DNA of 64,000 bases from Solirubrobacterales bacterium (GTDB taxonomy: Bacteria; Actinomycetota; Thermoleophilia; Solirubrobacterales; 70-9), in contig DATDAQ010000069.1 of NCBI GenBank assembly GCA_036525295.1, positions 674 through 64,673 on the forward strand. The letters run 5' to 3'. The notes under the pieces are model-generated. The model saw only the letters and a list, made by a program, of their open reading frames with translations, did no database searches and was not told the origin of the DNA. The position numbers and the translations under genes were made by a program. Positions 54,106-63,490 of the stretch are shown one piece after another; the first letter of the stretch is position 1, and every line of letters starts with the position of its first letter.

Positions 54106-54549
54106 TTAGTCGAGCAGGCCGACCTGGCGCAGGATCGAGACCGAGTCCGAGTAGACGTCCTTGCGCTTGATCAGCCCGCCCTCGAAGGGGATCACGTCGA
54201 TCCCGTCCCAGCTGACCGTGCGCCCGGTGGGAGGGGCTTCGATCTCGCCGCGGCTCATCGTCTGCGTGTGCGTGGCGGTTGCGGTCCACTCCTGCGTCAC
54301 CACTCCCTCGCGCACGTACAGCCGGCGCGTCTCGAATCTCATGTCGGGCCAGGTCTCGAAGATCCTGGCGATGTGCCCGCGAACCTCCCCGCCCTGTGCG
54401 GACTCCCCCGCGGTGTGGTTGGCGAAGACCATGTCCGGCGCGTGCATGGCGACAATCGCGTCGAGGTCCTGCGCGTTCCAGGCGTCGTTGTAGCGCCCGA
54501 TCGCCTCGGTCAGCGCCTCGATCCCGTCGCGCTCGTCCATTGCGCTCAC
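54106..54549 (-). CDS. SnoaL/NTF2-like (ester cyclase-like) protein
   Basis: YNDAWNAQDLDAIVAMHAPDMVF...; the size and pattern are typical of the family. Confidence 0.7.
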   Translation of the reverse strand: MSAMDERDGIEALTEAIGRYNDAWNAQDLDAIVAMHAPDMVFANHTAGESAQGGEVRGHIARIFETWPDMRFETRRLYVREGVVTQEWTATATHTQTMSRGEIEAPPTGRTVSWDGIDVIPFEGGLIKRKDVYSDSVSILRQVGLLD

Positions 54550-54648
54550 TCTAGCTTGCGATGGAGCCGTGCGGAAGGCGTGATGTCCTGCGCACCACGC
54601 GTGCGCCGCAACGTCCTAGCGTCCCTCGCATGACGACTACTACAAGCC

Positions 54649-54677
54649 TTGACATCAGATGACTCAATATCTAACAT
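54649..54677 (+). promoter_or_regulatory. Sigma-70-like promoter TTGACA-17nt-TAACAT, predicting a leaderless vapBC transcript
   Basis: The -10 element ends 8 nt before the ATG at 54686. No SD is present. Confidence 0.5.
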
Positions 54678-54685
54678 CACGCATC

Positions 54686-54940
54686 ATGCCCCGCACGACG
54701 TTCGATCTCGACGCGACCGTCCTCGCCGATCTGCGTCGCCGGGCCAAAACGGAAGGCAAGAGCATGGGCCAGGTTGCATCCGAGTTGTTGGCTGTGAGCC
54801 TGGGAGACGAGCAGCCCGCCCAGGCACCCCCCTTGAACTGGGCAAAGAAGGACATGGGTCCGTTCAAGATCGACCTTGAGGACAAGGAGGCGGTCTGGAA
54901 CCTGCTTGACCGCGAGGAACTGGAAAGGGGCTCAGGTTGA
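54686..54940 (+). CDS. vapB: VapB-type antitoxin (module 2)
   Basis: MPRTTFDLDATVLADLRRRAKTEGKSMGQVASELL. Its stop overlaps the vapC start (TTGA). Confidence 0.8.
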   Translation: MPRTTFDLDATVLADLRRRAKTEGKSMGQVASELLAVSLGDEQPAQAPPLNWAKKDMGPFKIDLEDKEAVWNLLDREELERGSG

Positions 54941-55371
54941 GCGCCGCGATCGACACCAACGTCCTGCTCTACGCCTCCAACTCGAGCAGCGAGTGCTTCG
55001 AGACGGCACACGCCGTCGTCGAGCGCCTCGCCCGTGGCCCGGAACTGCTGTACATCTTCTGGCCGGTGGCGATGGGGTTCCTTCGCCTCGTGACCAACCC
55101 AGCGCTCACCGACGAGCCCCTCTCGCCGTCCGAAGCGCTCGCGTCGCTGAGCGACCTGACCGAGCGTGATCATGTCCGAACGCCGGGCGAGGCCCGAGGC
55201 TTCCTCGCCGTCTTCCGGGAAACCGCCTCGGCGGGTACGCGCGGGAGGGACGTCACCGACGCCCACATCGCCGCCTTGATGCGCCAGCACGGCGTCGGCA
55301 CCATCTACACCCGCGACCGTGATTTTCGCCGCTTCGACGGGATCCGGGTCGAGGATCCGTTCGCTTCATAG
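54937..55371 (+). CDS. vapC: PIN-domain toxin VapC (module 2)
   Basis: AIDTNVLLYA...DAHIAALMRQHGVGTIYTRDRDFRRF. Confidence 0.85.
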   Translation: MSAAIDTNVLLYASNSSSECFETAHAVVERLARGPELLYIFWPVAMGFLRLVTNPALTDEPLSPSEALASLSDLTERDHVRTPGEARGFLAVFRETASAGTRGRDVTDAHIAALMRQHGVGTIYTRDRDFRRFDGIRVEDPFAS

Positions 55372-55480
55372 TGGCGAGGTCACGCCCCCTCGTGGGTGAG
55401 CGTGAAGGGAAGAGGTCTCGGGATAAGGTCGTACCGGCAAGGCGCGAATCGAAAGCGCTGGAAAGCTGAGGAGGCGTGGA

Positions 55481-56326
55481 GTGGACGTTGCGATCGGATT
55501 GCCCAATGCCGTGCCGGGGACGACTGGCGCGCAGCTGGTCGAGTGGGCCCGGCGTGCCGAGGCGCGCGGTTTCAGCAGCCTGGGGACGATCGACCGGATC
55601 GTCTACGACAACTACGAGCCGCTGATCGCGCTGGCCGCGGCTGCCGCGGTCACCGAGCGGATCGGCCTCTGCACCTCGGTTCTGCTCGGGCCGCTGCGCA
55701 CCAACGCCACCGGGCTAGCCAAGGAGGCACTGAGCCTGAACGCTCTCTCCGGGGGTCGCTTCACGCTGGGCATCGGCCTCGGCGGTCGCGACGACGACTA
55801 CGAGGCGAGCGGCATCGAGCTTGGTGGCCGCGGCCGGCGCCTCGACGCGATGCTGGAGCGGATCGAGGAGGTCTGGGCCGGGGGCGAGATCGGTCCCGCG
55901 ATCGAGGGAGCACCGGCCCTCGTGGTCGGTGGCCATGCCGACGCTTCCTATGCGCGCGCCGCGCGCTTCGAAGCCGGTTGGATCGCCGCCAGCTCGGGGC
56001 CGGAGCAGTACGCGGAGGGGGCCCGCAAGGCAAGAGCCGCCTGGGCCGAGGCCGGCCGCCAGGGGGAGCCGAGGACGACGGCGCTTGCCTACTTCTCTCT
56101 CGGCGACCAGGCGGAGGAGGATGCCCGTGCCAACCTCGCCGACTACTACGCCTGGCTTGGCGAGCAGATCGCCGAGTTCATCGTCTCCGCTGCCGCCAGG
56201 GATGCGGAGTCGGTCCGGCAGACTCTTGCCGCCTACGAGGCGGCAGGGTGCGACGAGCTGATCCTCTTTCCCGCCTCGAGCGATCCCGTCCAGGTCGATC
56301 TGCTCGCTGACGCGGCGGGCCTCTGA
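55481..56326 (+). CDS. LLM-class (luciferase-like) flavin/F420-dependent oxidoreductase
   Basis: GLPNAVPG...AEARGFSSLGTIDRIVYDNYEPL..., with a GTG start. Confidence 0.75.
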   Translation: MDVAIGLPNAVPGTTGAQLVEWARRAEARGFSSLGTIDRIVYDNYEPLIALAAAAAVTERIGLCTSVLLGPLRTNATGLAKEALSLNALSGGRFTLGIGLGGRDDDYEASGIELGGRGRRLDAMLERIEEVWAGGEIGPAIEGAPALVVGGHADASYARAARFEAGWIAASSGPEQYAEGARKARAAWAEAGRQGEPRTTALAYFSLGDQAEEDARANLADYYAWLGEQIAEFIVSAAARDAESVRQTLAAYEAAGCDELILFPASSDPVQVDLLADAAGL

Positions 56327-56328
56327 GC

Positions 56329-57693
56329 ATGTCCGCCGGATCGAGCCAGGCCGCCGACGTCGCCGTCGTCGGGGCCGGGCTCTCCGGTCTGGGTGCGGCA
56401 AGGGCGCTGGCCGACTCTGGGCACGAGGTCGTCGTGCTCGAGGCCCGCGACCGGGTCGGCGGCCGCCTGCTCAACGCCGAGCTCGGCGACGGCGTGCAGG
56501 TCGACCTCGGCGGGCAGTGGGTCGGCTCCGATCACGCGCGGGTGCAGGGCCTCGCCGCCGAGCTGGGGATCGGGATCTTTCCCCAGTACGGCAAGGGCCG
56601 GAACCTGCTCGACGTGGCGGGTACGCGGCGGCTTTACCGCGGCACGATCCCGCGGCTCGGCCTCGGCGTGCTCTGGGACGTCTTCGTTGCTCGCCGCCGC
56701 ATCGCAAGGCTCGCGGCCGGGGTCAGCGCCGAGCGTCCCTGGGCGGCGGAGCGGGCCGCCGAGCTGGACGGTCAGACGCTCGCCGGGTGGTGTGAGGCGA
56801 ACGTGCGCACGCCGATCGCCCGCGAGCTGATCGGCCTCGCCGGTCGCACGGTTTGGGGGACGGGCCCCGAGGAGCTCTCGATGCTGCACGTCCTCTTCTA
56901 CGTCAGCTCCGCGGGCAGCTTCGACAAGCTGGTCGACACCGAGGGCGGGGCGCAGCAGGATCGCCTCGTGGGAGGGGCGCAGGCGCTGCCGCTGGGTCTG
57001 GCGGCCTCGCTCGGCGAGAGGGTCCGGCTCGGCTCGCCGGTGAGCCGGATCGAGCACGGTGGCGATTCGGTCCGGATCTTCGCCGGCGAGGTCGGGGTCG
57101 AGGCGCAGCGGGCGGTCGTCGCTGTGCCGCCGGCGATCGCCGCGCGGATCGAGTTCGACCCGCCCCTTCCGGCACAGCGTCAGCTGCTCGCACGGCAGCT
57201 GCGGCCGGGGACGCTGAACAAGTGCGTCGCGCTCTACGAGGAGCCCTTCTGGCGCGCGGACGGTCTCAGCGGCGAGTCGGTCACCGACGCGGGGCCGGTG
57301 ACGCTGACCTTCGACTGTTCGCCGCCGGACGGATCGTCCGGCGTGATGCTTGGCTTCGTCGGCGGCCCTGAGGCGCGCGAGATCGAGGCGATGGCACCCG
57401 CGGATCGCCGCGACGCCGTCCTCGCCTGCTTCGAGAAGCTCTTCGGCCCACGGGCAGCGGAGCCGATCGACTACGCCGAACAGGCCTGGGCGGGGGAGGA
57501 GTGGTCGGGTGGCGGGCCGACCTCGAACTTCGGCCCCGGTGGCTGGACGGAGACGGGCCCGGCCCTGCGCGAGCCGGTCGGGCGGATCCACTGGGCCGGC
57601 ACCGAGACGGCCACCGTCTGGAGCGGCTACATGGAGGGCGCCCTGCAGGCGGGAGAGCGGGCGGCCGCCGAGGTGTTGCGGAGCGTCAGATAG
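56329..57693 (+). CDS. Flavin-containing amine oxidase
   Basis: VAVVGAGLSGLGAARALADSGHEVVVLEARDRVGGR (FAD dinucleotide fold) and a C-terminal HWAGTETA motif. Confidence 0.85.
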   Translation: MSAGSSQAADVAVVGAGLSGLGAARALADSGHEVVVLEARDRVGGRLLNAELGDGVQVDLGGQWVGSDHARVQGLAAELGIGIFPQYGKGRNLLDVAGTRRLYRGTIPRLGLGVLWDVFVARRRIARLAAGVSAERPWAAERAAELDGQTLAGWCEANVRTPIARELIGLAGRTVWGTGPEELSMLHVLFYVSSAGSFDKLVDTEGGAQQDRLVGGAQALPLGLAASLGERVRLGSPVSRIEHGGDSVRIFAGEVGVEAQRAVVAVPPAIAARIEFDPPLPAQRQLLARQLRPGTLNKCVALYEEPFWRADGLSGESVTDAGPVTLTFDCSPPDGSSGVMLGFVGGPEAREIEAMAPADRRDAVLACFEKLFGPRAAEPIDYAEQAWAGEEWSGGGPTSNFGPGGWTETGPALREPVGRIHWAGTETATVWSGYMEGALQAGERAAAEVLRSVR

Positions 57694-58099
57694 TCGGCAG
57701 CAGCTCGAAGCCCGCCCGGCCGTGCAGGCGGTAGACCGAGAAGTCGGCATCGAGCGTGAAGATGCGCTTGGTGTTGCGTTCCTCGGCGAGGGCGACGAGA
57801 GTGGCGTCGGCCAGGTCCATCGGTCGGTCCGCGTAGCGCTCCATCAGCTTCGCCATGCGGCCGGCGGACTCAGCCGGCTGTTCGGCGATCTCCAGGTCTC
57901 CACTGAGAGCCAGCCGCCAGAGCGCATCCTGGCCGGGCCAGCCACCGGCCCGACCGACCAGGTACATGGCCTCGGTGAAGGCGGGCCAGGTGGTCACGAG
58001 CGGCAGCTGAACCGTTTGCAGCGTCGTCACGCAGAGTTCGTGGTCCGGATCGCCGGCATCGATCAGGGCAATCAGCGGTCCCGCGTCGACCAGGGTCAT
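57686..58099 (-). CDS. vapC: PIN-domain toxin VapC (module 3)
   Basis: MTLVDAGPLIALID...LADATLVALAEERNTKRIFTLDADF. Confidence 0.85.
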   Translation of the reverse strand: MTLVDAGPLIALIDAGDPDHELCVTTLQTVQLPLVTTWPAFTEAMYLVGRAGGWPGQDALWRLALSGDLEIAEQPAESAGRMAKLMERYADRPMDLADATLVALAEERNTKRIFTLDADFSVYRLHGRAGFELLPTI

Positions 58100-58344
58100 C
58101 GCCGTCGCCGGTGCTTGGTTTCCACTAGGTCGGCAAAGGCCTCGCCTGTCTTCCGGGCCAGGCCGAGCTCGGATCTGACGGCACCGATCGCATAGGAGAG
58201 ACGCTCGCTGTTGTCGCCGGAGAGGGTGCGCTCGACTCGCTCGGCAGCGGCCTTGCGGAGGAACTCCGAAACCGAGGTGTCCTCGAGCGCCGCCGCGCGT
58301 CGCACGCGCTCATCGAGGCTGGGATCCAGGCGAAGGCTTCTCAC
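58096..58344 (-). CDS. RHH/CopG-like antitoxin (module 3)
   Basis: LRLDPSLDERVRRAAALEDTSVSEFLRKAAAERV, with an ATGA overlap to vapC. Confidence 0.8.
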   Translation of the reverse strand: MRSLRLDPSLDERVRRAAALEDTSVSEFLRKAAAERVERTLSGDNSERLSYAIGAVRSELGLARKTGEAFADLVETKHRRRR

Positions 58345-58353
58345 GTAGCGAGC

Positions 58354-58381
58354 GTATCACGTAGGATGAAAAACGTGATAC
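58354..58381. promoter_or_regulatory. Perfect inverted repeat GTATCACG-12nt-CGTGATAC, 10 nt upstream of the antitoxin start
   Basis: A candidate operator for TA module 3, in the divergent region shared with rlmN. Confidence 0.5.
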
Positions 58382-58423
58382 GAAAGCTGCGCATCTCTGT
58401 ATCGGCATGCGCACAGTGCACCT

Positions 58424-59431
58424 GTGCGTTCAGTCGCGCCGTACACTCGCCCAGTGGACCGCGCGCTCCTCGCCAGCACGCTCGCCGAGGCCGGCGGGCC
58501 CGAGTACCGCGCCGCTCAGGTCTGGGAGTGGGTGGCGCGCGGGGCGCGCTCCTACGAGGAGATGACGAACCTGCCGGCGGCGCTGCGTGAGCGCCTCGCG
58601 GCATCGGTGCCGATCTCGACCCTGACCACGGTCGAGGAGGCGAAGTCCGACGACGGCACGGTCAAGGCGCTCTTCCACACCGCAGACGGCCGGCCGATCG
58701 AGGCGGTGCTGATGCGCTACCGGGACGGGCGGCGCTCGGTCTGCCTCTCCTCGCAGTCGGGCTGTCCCCTGACCTGCACCTTCTGCGCCACCGGGCAGAT
58801 GAAGTTCGGCCGCAACCTCAGCGCCGATGAGATCCTCGACCAGGCGCTGCATTTCCGCCGCACCGAAGCGATCGACCACGTCGTCTTCATGGGCATGGGC
58901 GAGCCGACGATGAACCTCGACGCGGTGCTCGGGGCCTGTGAGCGGCTGCCCGACGTCGGCGTCACCCACCGCCGCACCGCTATCTCCACGGTCGGCTGGG
59001 TCCCCGGCATCGACCGTCTCGCCGAGTGCGAGATGCCGGTCAGCCTGGCACTCTCCCTGCACGCCCCCAACGACGGCCTGCGCTCGCAGCTGATGCCGGT
59101 CAACGACCGCTACCCGCTGGCCGAGGTGCTCGCCGCCTGCGAGCGCTACCGAGCACGGCGCCGGCGCAAGGTCTTCGTCGAGTACGTGATGCTCGACGGC
59201 GTCAACGACCTCCCCGAGCACGCCCGCCAGCTGGCGGAGCTCCTCGATCCCCGCGCCTACAAGGTCAACCTGATCCCCTACAACCCGACCGGCGCCTACG
59301 ACGGCTCCCCGCCGGAGCGGATCGAGGGCTTCCGCGCGATCCTCGCCGAGCACCGCCTCACCGCAACGGTCCGCCTCACCCGCGGCCGCGACATCGCTGC
59401 CGCCTGCGGCCAGCTCGCCGCCAACGCCTGA
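58424..59431 (+). CDS. rlmN: Radical-SAM 23S rRNA/tRNA A-C2 methyltransferase RlmN
   Basis: YRAAQVWEWV and CLSSQSGCPLTCTFCATGQ (CX3CX2C). The exact start is uncertain. Confidence 0.9.
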   Translation: MRSVAPYTRPVDRALLASTLAEAGGPEYRAAQVWEWVARGARSYEEMTNLPAALRERLAASVPISTLTTVEEAKSDDGTVKALFHTADGRPIEAVLMRYRDGRRSVCLSSQSGCPLTCTFCATGQMKFGRNLSADEILDQALHFRRTEAIDHVVFMGMGEPTMNLDAVLGACERLPDVGVTHRRTAISTVGWVPGIDRLAECEMPVSLALSLHAPNDGLRSQLMPVNDRYPLAEVLAACERYRARRRRKVFVEYVMLDGVNDLPEHARQLAELLDPRAYKVNLIPYNPTGAYDGSPPERIEGFRAILAEHRLTATVRLTRGRDIAAACGQLAANA

Positions 59432-59472
59432 ATCAGGCGTTTGGCCGGTCAGCCAACTAGGATTTCGGGTCG

Positions 59473-60927
59473 ATGCCGGTCGAGAGCCCAGCCAAGCCAC
59501 CACCTGAGCGGATAGAGCCGCCCAAGCAGCTGAGCGCCAACCCGATTCGCCGCGTCGCCGAAGACGTGCGCGCGGAGTACTGGGTGCGCCGTCGCGGCAC
59601 CTACCCCCCGGGCCCGAAGAGCTTCGACTTCGGCCGCACCCTGCAGGCCGCGCGGGACCCGCTGCCGTTGCTCCTCTCGCTCTACGAGGAGTACGGGCCG
59701 ATCTTCTCAACCAGGCTCCTCCACCACCCGGTGATCTTCATGCTCGGTCCGGAGGCCAATCACTTCATCACCGTCGCCCACCCGGAGAACTTCCACTGGC
59801 GCGAGTCGAGCTTCGGCGATCTGATCCCGCTGCTCGGCGACGGCCTGCTGACGATCGACGACGCTTACCACGACCGGGCGCGGGAGATCATGATGCCGGC
59901 CTTCCACCGCGAGCAGGTCTCGGCCGCGGTCGAGGCGATGGTCGACGAGACGGCGCCCGCGATCGAGCGCCTACGCCCCGGCCAGGTCGTCGACGTCTAC
60001 GAGTGGATGCGCGGCCTGGCGATGCGGATCGCGATGCGGGCGCTGCTGGGGCTCGACCCGGACGAGGCCGGCAAAGGCGCGGCGGCCGCGGAGCACTTCG
60101 AGCGCGCGCTCGGCTTCTACGGCATCGACTTCCATCTGCGCCTGCTGCGCGGGCCCGGCTCGCCCTGGTCGAAGATGGTCGCCTCGCGCGCGGTCCTCGA
60201 CGAGATCGTCTACGACGAGATCGCCCGCCGTCGGGCGAACCCCGACGAGGGTCGCCGCGACATCCTCAGCCTGCTGCTCGGCGTGCGCGACGAGGCGGGG
60301 GAGGGCTTCTCCGCCAAGGAGGTGCGCGACCAGGTGATGACGCTGATGTTCGCCGGCCACGACACCTCCACCTCGACCCTCACCTTCATGATGCACGAGC
60401 TCGCCCGCCACCCCGACGTGCTCGCGAAGCTCTGCGAGGAGCAGGACCGCGTGCTCGCCGGCGCCACGCCGGACATCGACACGCTCGAGAAGGAGATGCC
60501 CTACCTCGAGATGGTCCTCGACGAGGTCCTGCGCCTCTACCCGCCGGCCTGGATCGGGCCGCGCCGGGCGATGCGCGACTTCGAGTTCAACGGCCACAGC
60601 GTCCGCCGCGCCGCCTACGTCAACTACTGTTCCTGGGCCAGCCACCGCATCCCCGAGGTCTTCCCGGACCCGGAGGCGTTCATCCCCGAGCGCTTCACCC
60701 GCGAGCGCAAGGCGGCCCTGCCGCGCGGCGCCTACGTCCCCTTCGGCGGCGGCCGCCGCATCTGCATCGGCAAGCGCTTCGGCCAGACCGAGGTGAAGCT
60801 GGTGGCGACGATGCTGCTGCAGAAGCTGCACCTGGACGCGATGCCCGGCCGCACGATGACCGTGCGCCAGATGCCGACCCTCTCCCCAAGAGGCGGCCTG
60901 CAGATGCGAGTCCTCCCCAGGGCCTGA
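59473..60927 (+). CDS. Cytochrome P450
   Basis: FAGHDTS (I-helix), EVLRLYPP (ExxR) and FGGGRRICIGKRFG (heme Cys loop). Confidence 0.92.
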   Translation: MPVESPAKPPPERIEPPKQLSANPIRRVAEDVRAEYWVRRRGTYPPGPKSFDFGRTLQAARDPLPLLLSLYEEYGPIFSTRLLHHPVIFMLGPEANHFITVAHPENFHWRESSFGDLIPLLGDGLLTIDDAYHDRAREIMMPAFHREQVSAAVEAMVDETAPAIERLRPGQVVDVYEWMRGLAMRIAMRALLGLDPDEAGKGAAAAEHFERALGFYGIDFHLRLLRGPGSPWSKMVASRAVLDEIVYDEIARRRANPDEGRRDILSLLLGVRDEAGEGFSAKEVRDQVMTLMFAGHDTSTSTLTFMMHELARHPDVLAKLCEEQDRVLAGATPDIDTLEKEMPYLEMVLDEVLRLYPPAWIGPRRAMRDFEFNGHSVRRAAYVNYCSWASHRIPEVFPDPEAFIPERFTRERKAALPRGAYVPFGGGRRICIGKRFGQTEVKLVATMLLQKLHLDAMPGRTMTVRQMPTLSPRGGLQMRVLPRA

Positions 60928-61108
60928 ACAAGGGCTAGGGCCTCAGCGCAAGCCCTCTCACCCACCGGCCCAAAAAAGCTAAGCCGCAAGCGCTCCTCCC
61001 GCGGGTGGCGCGGTGGCGGGGGTCCCCCATAGCGCAGGGCGCTGCGCGCCCGAGCACATGGGGGAGGGCCGCCGCGACAGGACCCGCGGGCCGGAGAGCC
61101 CACCGGCG

Positions 61109-63259
61109 CTACTTGATGAAGAGCATCTCCTCGTACTTTGGCAGCGGCCAGAGGTCGTCGGCGACGACCTTCTCCAGCTTGTCCGCCGCCTCGCGCGCCC
61201 GCTCCATAGCGGCGATCTGCGTGTCGCGGGCGTGGATCGCCCACTCGAGACCCTCGAGGCCGGGGTCGGCGTTAGCTGCCTCCAGCGCGGCGAGAGCTCC
61301 GTTCAGCTTCCCGATGAGTTGCGTGATCTCCTCGAGATCAGCTCCGGTGAGTCCCGCTTCCCTCAGCAGCGCCAGGTGGCGCAGCGCCGCCGGCAGGATC
61401 ATCGTCTTGGCGATCGAGTAGGTCGTCTCCGCCTCGATGTTTGCCCGGATCGCATACTGCTCGACCCAGACCTCGTAACGCGACTCCAGCTCGCGCTTGG
61501 AGAGAACCTTGTAGTTCTCGAAAGCGGCGACGGTCTGCTCGCTGAGCACCTCGGGCAGCGCGTCGGGCGTCGTGTGCAAGTTCTTCAGCCCGCGCTGCTC
61601 CGCCTCGGCATGCCAGGCCTCGTCGTAGTTGTCGCCGTCGAAGATGACCTGCTTGTTGGCGGTGTAGGACTCCTTGACGATCTCGATCACGGCCTCGGCG
61701 ACGTCCATGCCACCGCTGCTCTTCGTCTCCAGCTTGTCGGCCAGCTCGTCGATCGCCTCGGTGACGATCGTGTTGAGCACGGTGTTGGGGAAGGCAAGCG
61801 ACATGCTCGACCCCAGCGCCCGGAACTCGAATTTGTTGCCGGTGAAGGCGAAGGGGGAGGTGCGATTGCGGTCGCCGCCGTGCATCGGCAGCGCCGGCAG
61901 CACCGTCGCGCCCAGCTCGAGGAAGGAAGCGGGCGTATGTGGGTCGCCTTCGCCGCTGGTGATCGCCTCGAAGGCCTTCTCCAGCTCGGCGCCGAGGAAG
62001 ATCGAGATGATCGCCGGCGGCGCCTCGTTGGCGCCGAGGCGGTGGTCCTGGCCGATGTTGGCGACCGAGGCGCGCAGCAGGCCCTGGTGCTTGTTGACGG
62101 CCTGGATCACCGCTGCGCAGAAGAAGAGGAAGTGGACGTTGTCGGCAGGTGTGTCTCCCGGGTCGAGCAGGTTGGTGCCGGTGTCGGTCCCCATCGACCA
62201 GTTGTTGTGCTTGCCCGAGCCGTTGACGCCGGCGAAGGGCTTCTCGTGCAGCAGGCAGACCAAGCCGTAGCGGCGGGCGACGCTCTCCAGGATCTGCATC
62301 AGCAGCTGCTGGTGGTCGGAGCCGACGTTCGAGTTCTCGAAAACCGGTGCGATCTCGTACTGATTCGGTGCCACCTCGTTGTGGCGGGTCTTGACCGGGA
62401 TGCCGAGCTTGCGCGCCTCCAGCTCGGTCTCCAGCATGCAGGCGAGGATCCGCTCCGGGATCGAGCCGAAGTAGTGGTCGTCCAGCTCATGACCCTTTGG
62501 CGGCTTGGCGCCGAAGAGGGTACGCCCGGTCGAGATCAGGTCGGGGCGCTCGAAGAAGTACTGCTCGTCGATCAGGAAGTACTCCTGCTCGGGCCCGACG
62601 GTGGTGAAGACGCGCTTGCTCTCGGTGTCGCCGAGCAGCGCCAGCGCCTTGATCGCGGAGCGCGAGAGCGCGTCCATCGAGCGCAGCAGCGGGATCTTCG
62701 CGTCGAGCGCCTCGCCGGTCCAGGAGGCGAAGGCGGTCGGGATGCAGAGCAGCGCCCCGTTCGGGTTCTCGAGGATGAAGGCGGGGGAGGTCGGGTCCCA
62801 GGCGGTGTAGCCGCGCGCCTCGAAGGTGGCGCGGACGCCGCCGGTGGGGAAGGAGGAGGCGTCGGGCTCGCCCTGGATCAGCTCCTTGCCGGAGAAGCCC
62901 GCCAGCGCTGCTCCCTCGCCGCCGGAGGGCTCGAAGAAGGAGTCGTGCTTCTCTGCCGTGGAGCCGGTCAACGGCTGGAACATGTGGGTGAAGTGGGTTG
63001 CGCCGTTCTCCAGCGCCCACTCCTTCATCGCCTCGGCGACGGCGTCGGCGAGGCTCGGGTCGAGCGCCTCGCCGCCTTCAAGGGTTGCCTGCAGCTTCTC
63101 GAAGACGTCCGCGGGCAGGCGTTCGCGCTGCACGGCGACGGAGAAGACGTTGGCGCCGAAGGGGTCGTTCTCGGGCTGGGTCAGGTCGAGTGCGCCAAGG
63201 GCCTCCCCGTTGGAGCTCCACTGCGCTGCGGTCACATTCTGCTGGCGGATACGCGTCAT
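61109..63259 (-). CDS. glnN: Type III glutamine synthetase
   Basis: It is 716 aa with [23 protein letters not shown] and [10 protein letters not shown]. Confidence 0.85.
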   Translation of the reverse strand: MTRIRQQNVTAAQWSSNGEALGALDLTQPENDPFGANVFSVAVQRERLPADVFEKLQATLEGGEALDPSLADAVAEAMKEWALENGATHFTHMFQPLTGSTAEKHDSFFEPSGGEGAALAGFSGKELIQGEPDASSFPTGGVRATFEARGYTAWDPTSPAFILENPNGALLCIPTAFASWTGEALDAKIPLLRSMDALSRSAIKALALLGDTESKRVFTTVGPEQEYFLIDEQYFFERPDLISTGRTLFGAKPPKGHELDDHYFGSIPERILACMLETELEARKLGIPVKTRHNEVAPNQYEIAPVFENSNVGSDHQQLLMQILESVARRYGLVCLLHEKPFAGVNGSGKHNNWSMGTDTGTNLLDPGDTPADNVHFLFFCAAVIQAVNKHQGLLRASVANIGQDHRLGANEAPPAIISIFLGAELEKAFEAITSGEGDPHTPASFLELGATVLPALPMHGGDRNRTSPFAFTGNKFEFRALGSSMSLAFPNTVLNTIVTEAIDELADKLETKSSGGMDVAEAVIEIVKESYTANKQVIFDGDNYDEAWHAEAEQRGLKNLHTTPDALPEVLSEQTVAAFENYKVLSKRELESRYEVWVEQYAIRANIEAETTYSIAKTMILPAALRHLALLREAGLTGADLEEITQLIGKLNGALAALEAANADPGLEGLEWAIHARDTQIAAMERAREAADKLEKVVADDLWPLPKYEEMLFIK

Positions 63260-63490
63260 CGCTCTTGTCGTCCCTCGCTTGGCGTCGCGCCCGGCCGGCG
63301 GGCACGGTCGATTACCGGTCTATTCCCCTTGAAAGAGTGGGAAAAGAGCCTAATGGCAATCGCTCGAAGATGCCTTTGTACCGCGGGATAAGGATCGCCC
63401 GGGAGCCTTGTCCCGCCTGTCGTCAGCCGCACCTTCCGCTGACTTCGTCGTTTGAGACCCGTATGCGCCCAAAAGGGCGAAGTCAGTCGG

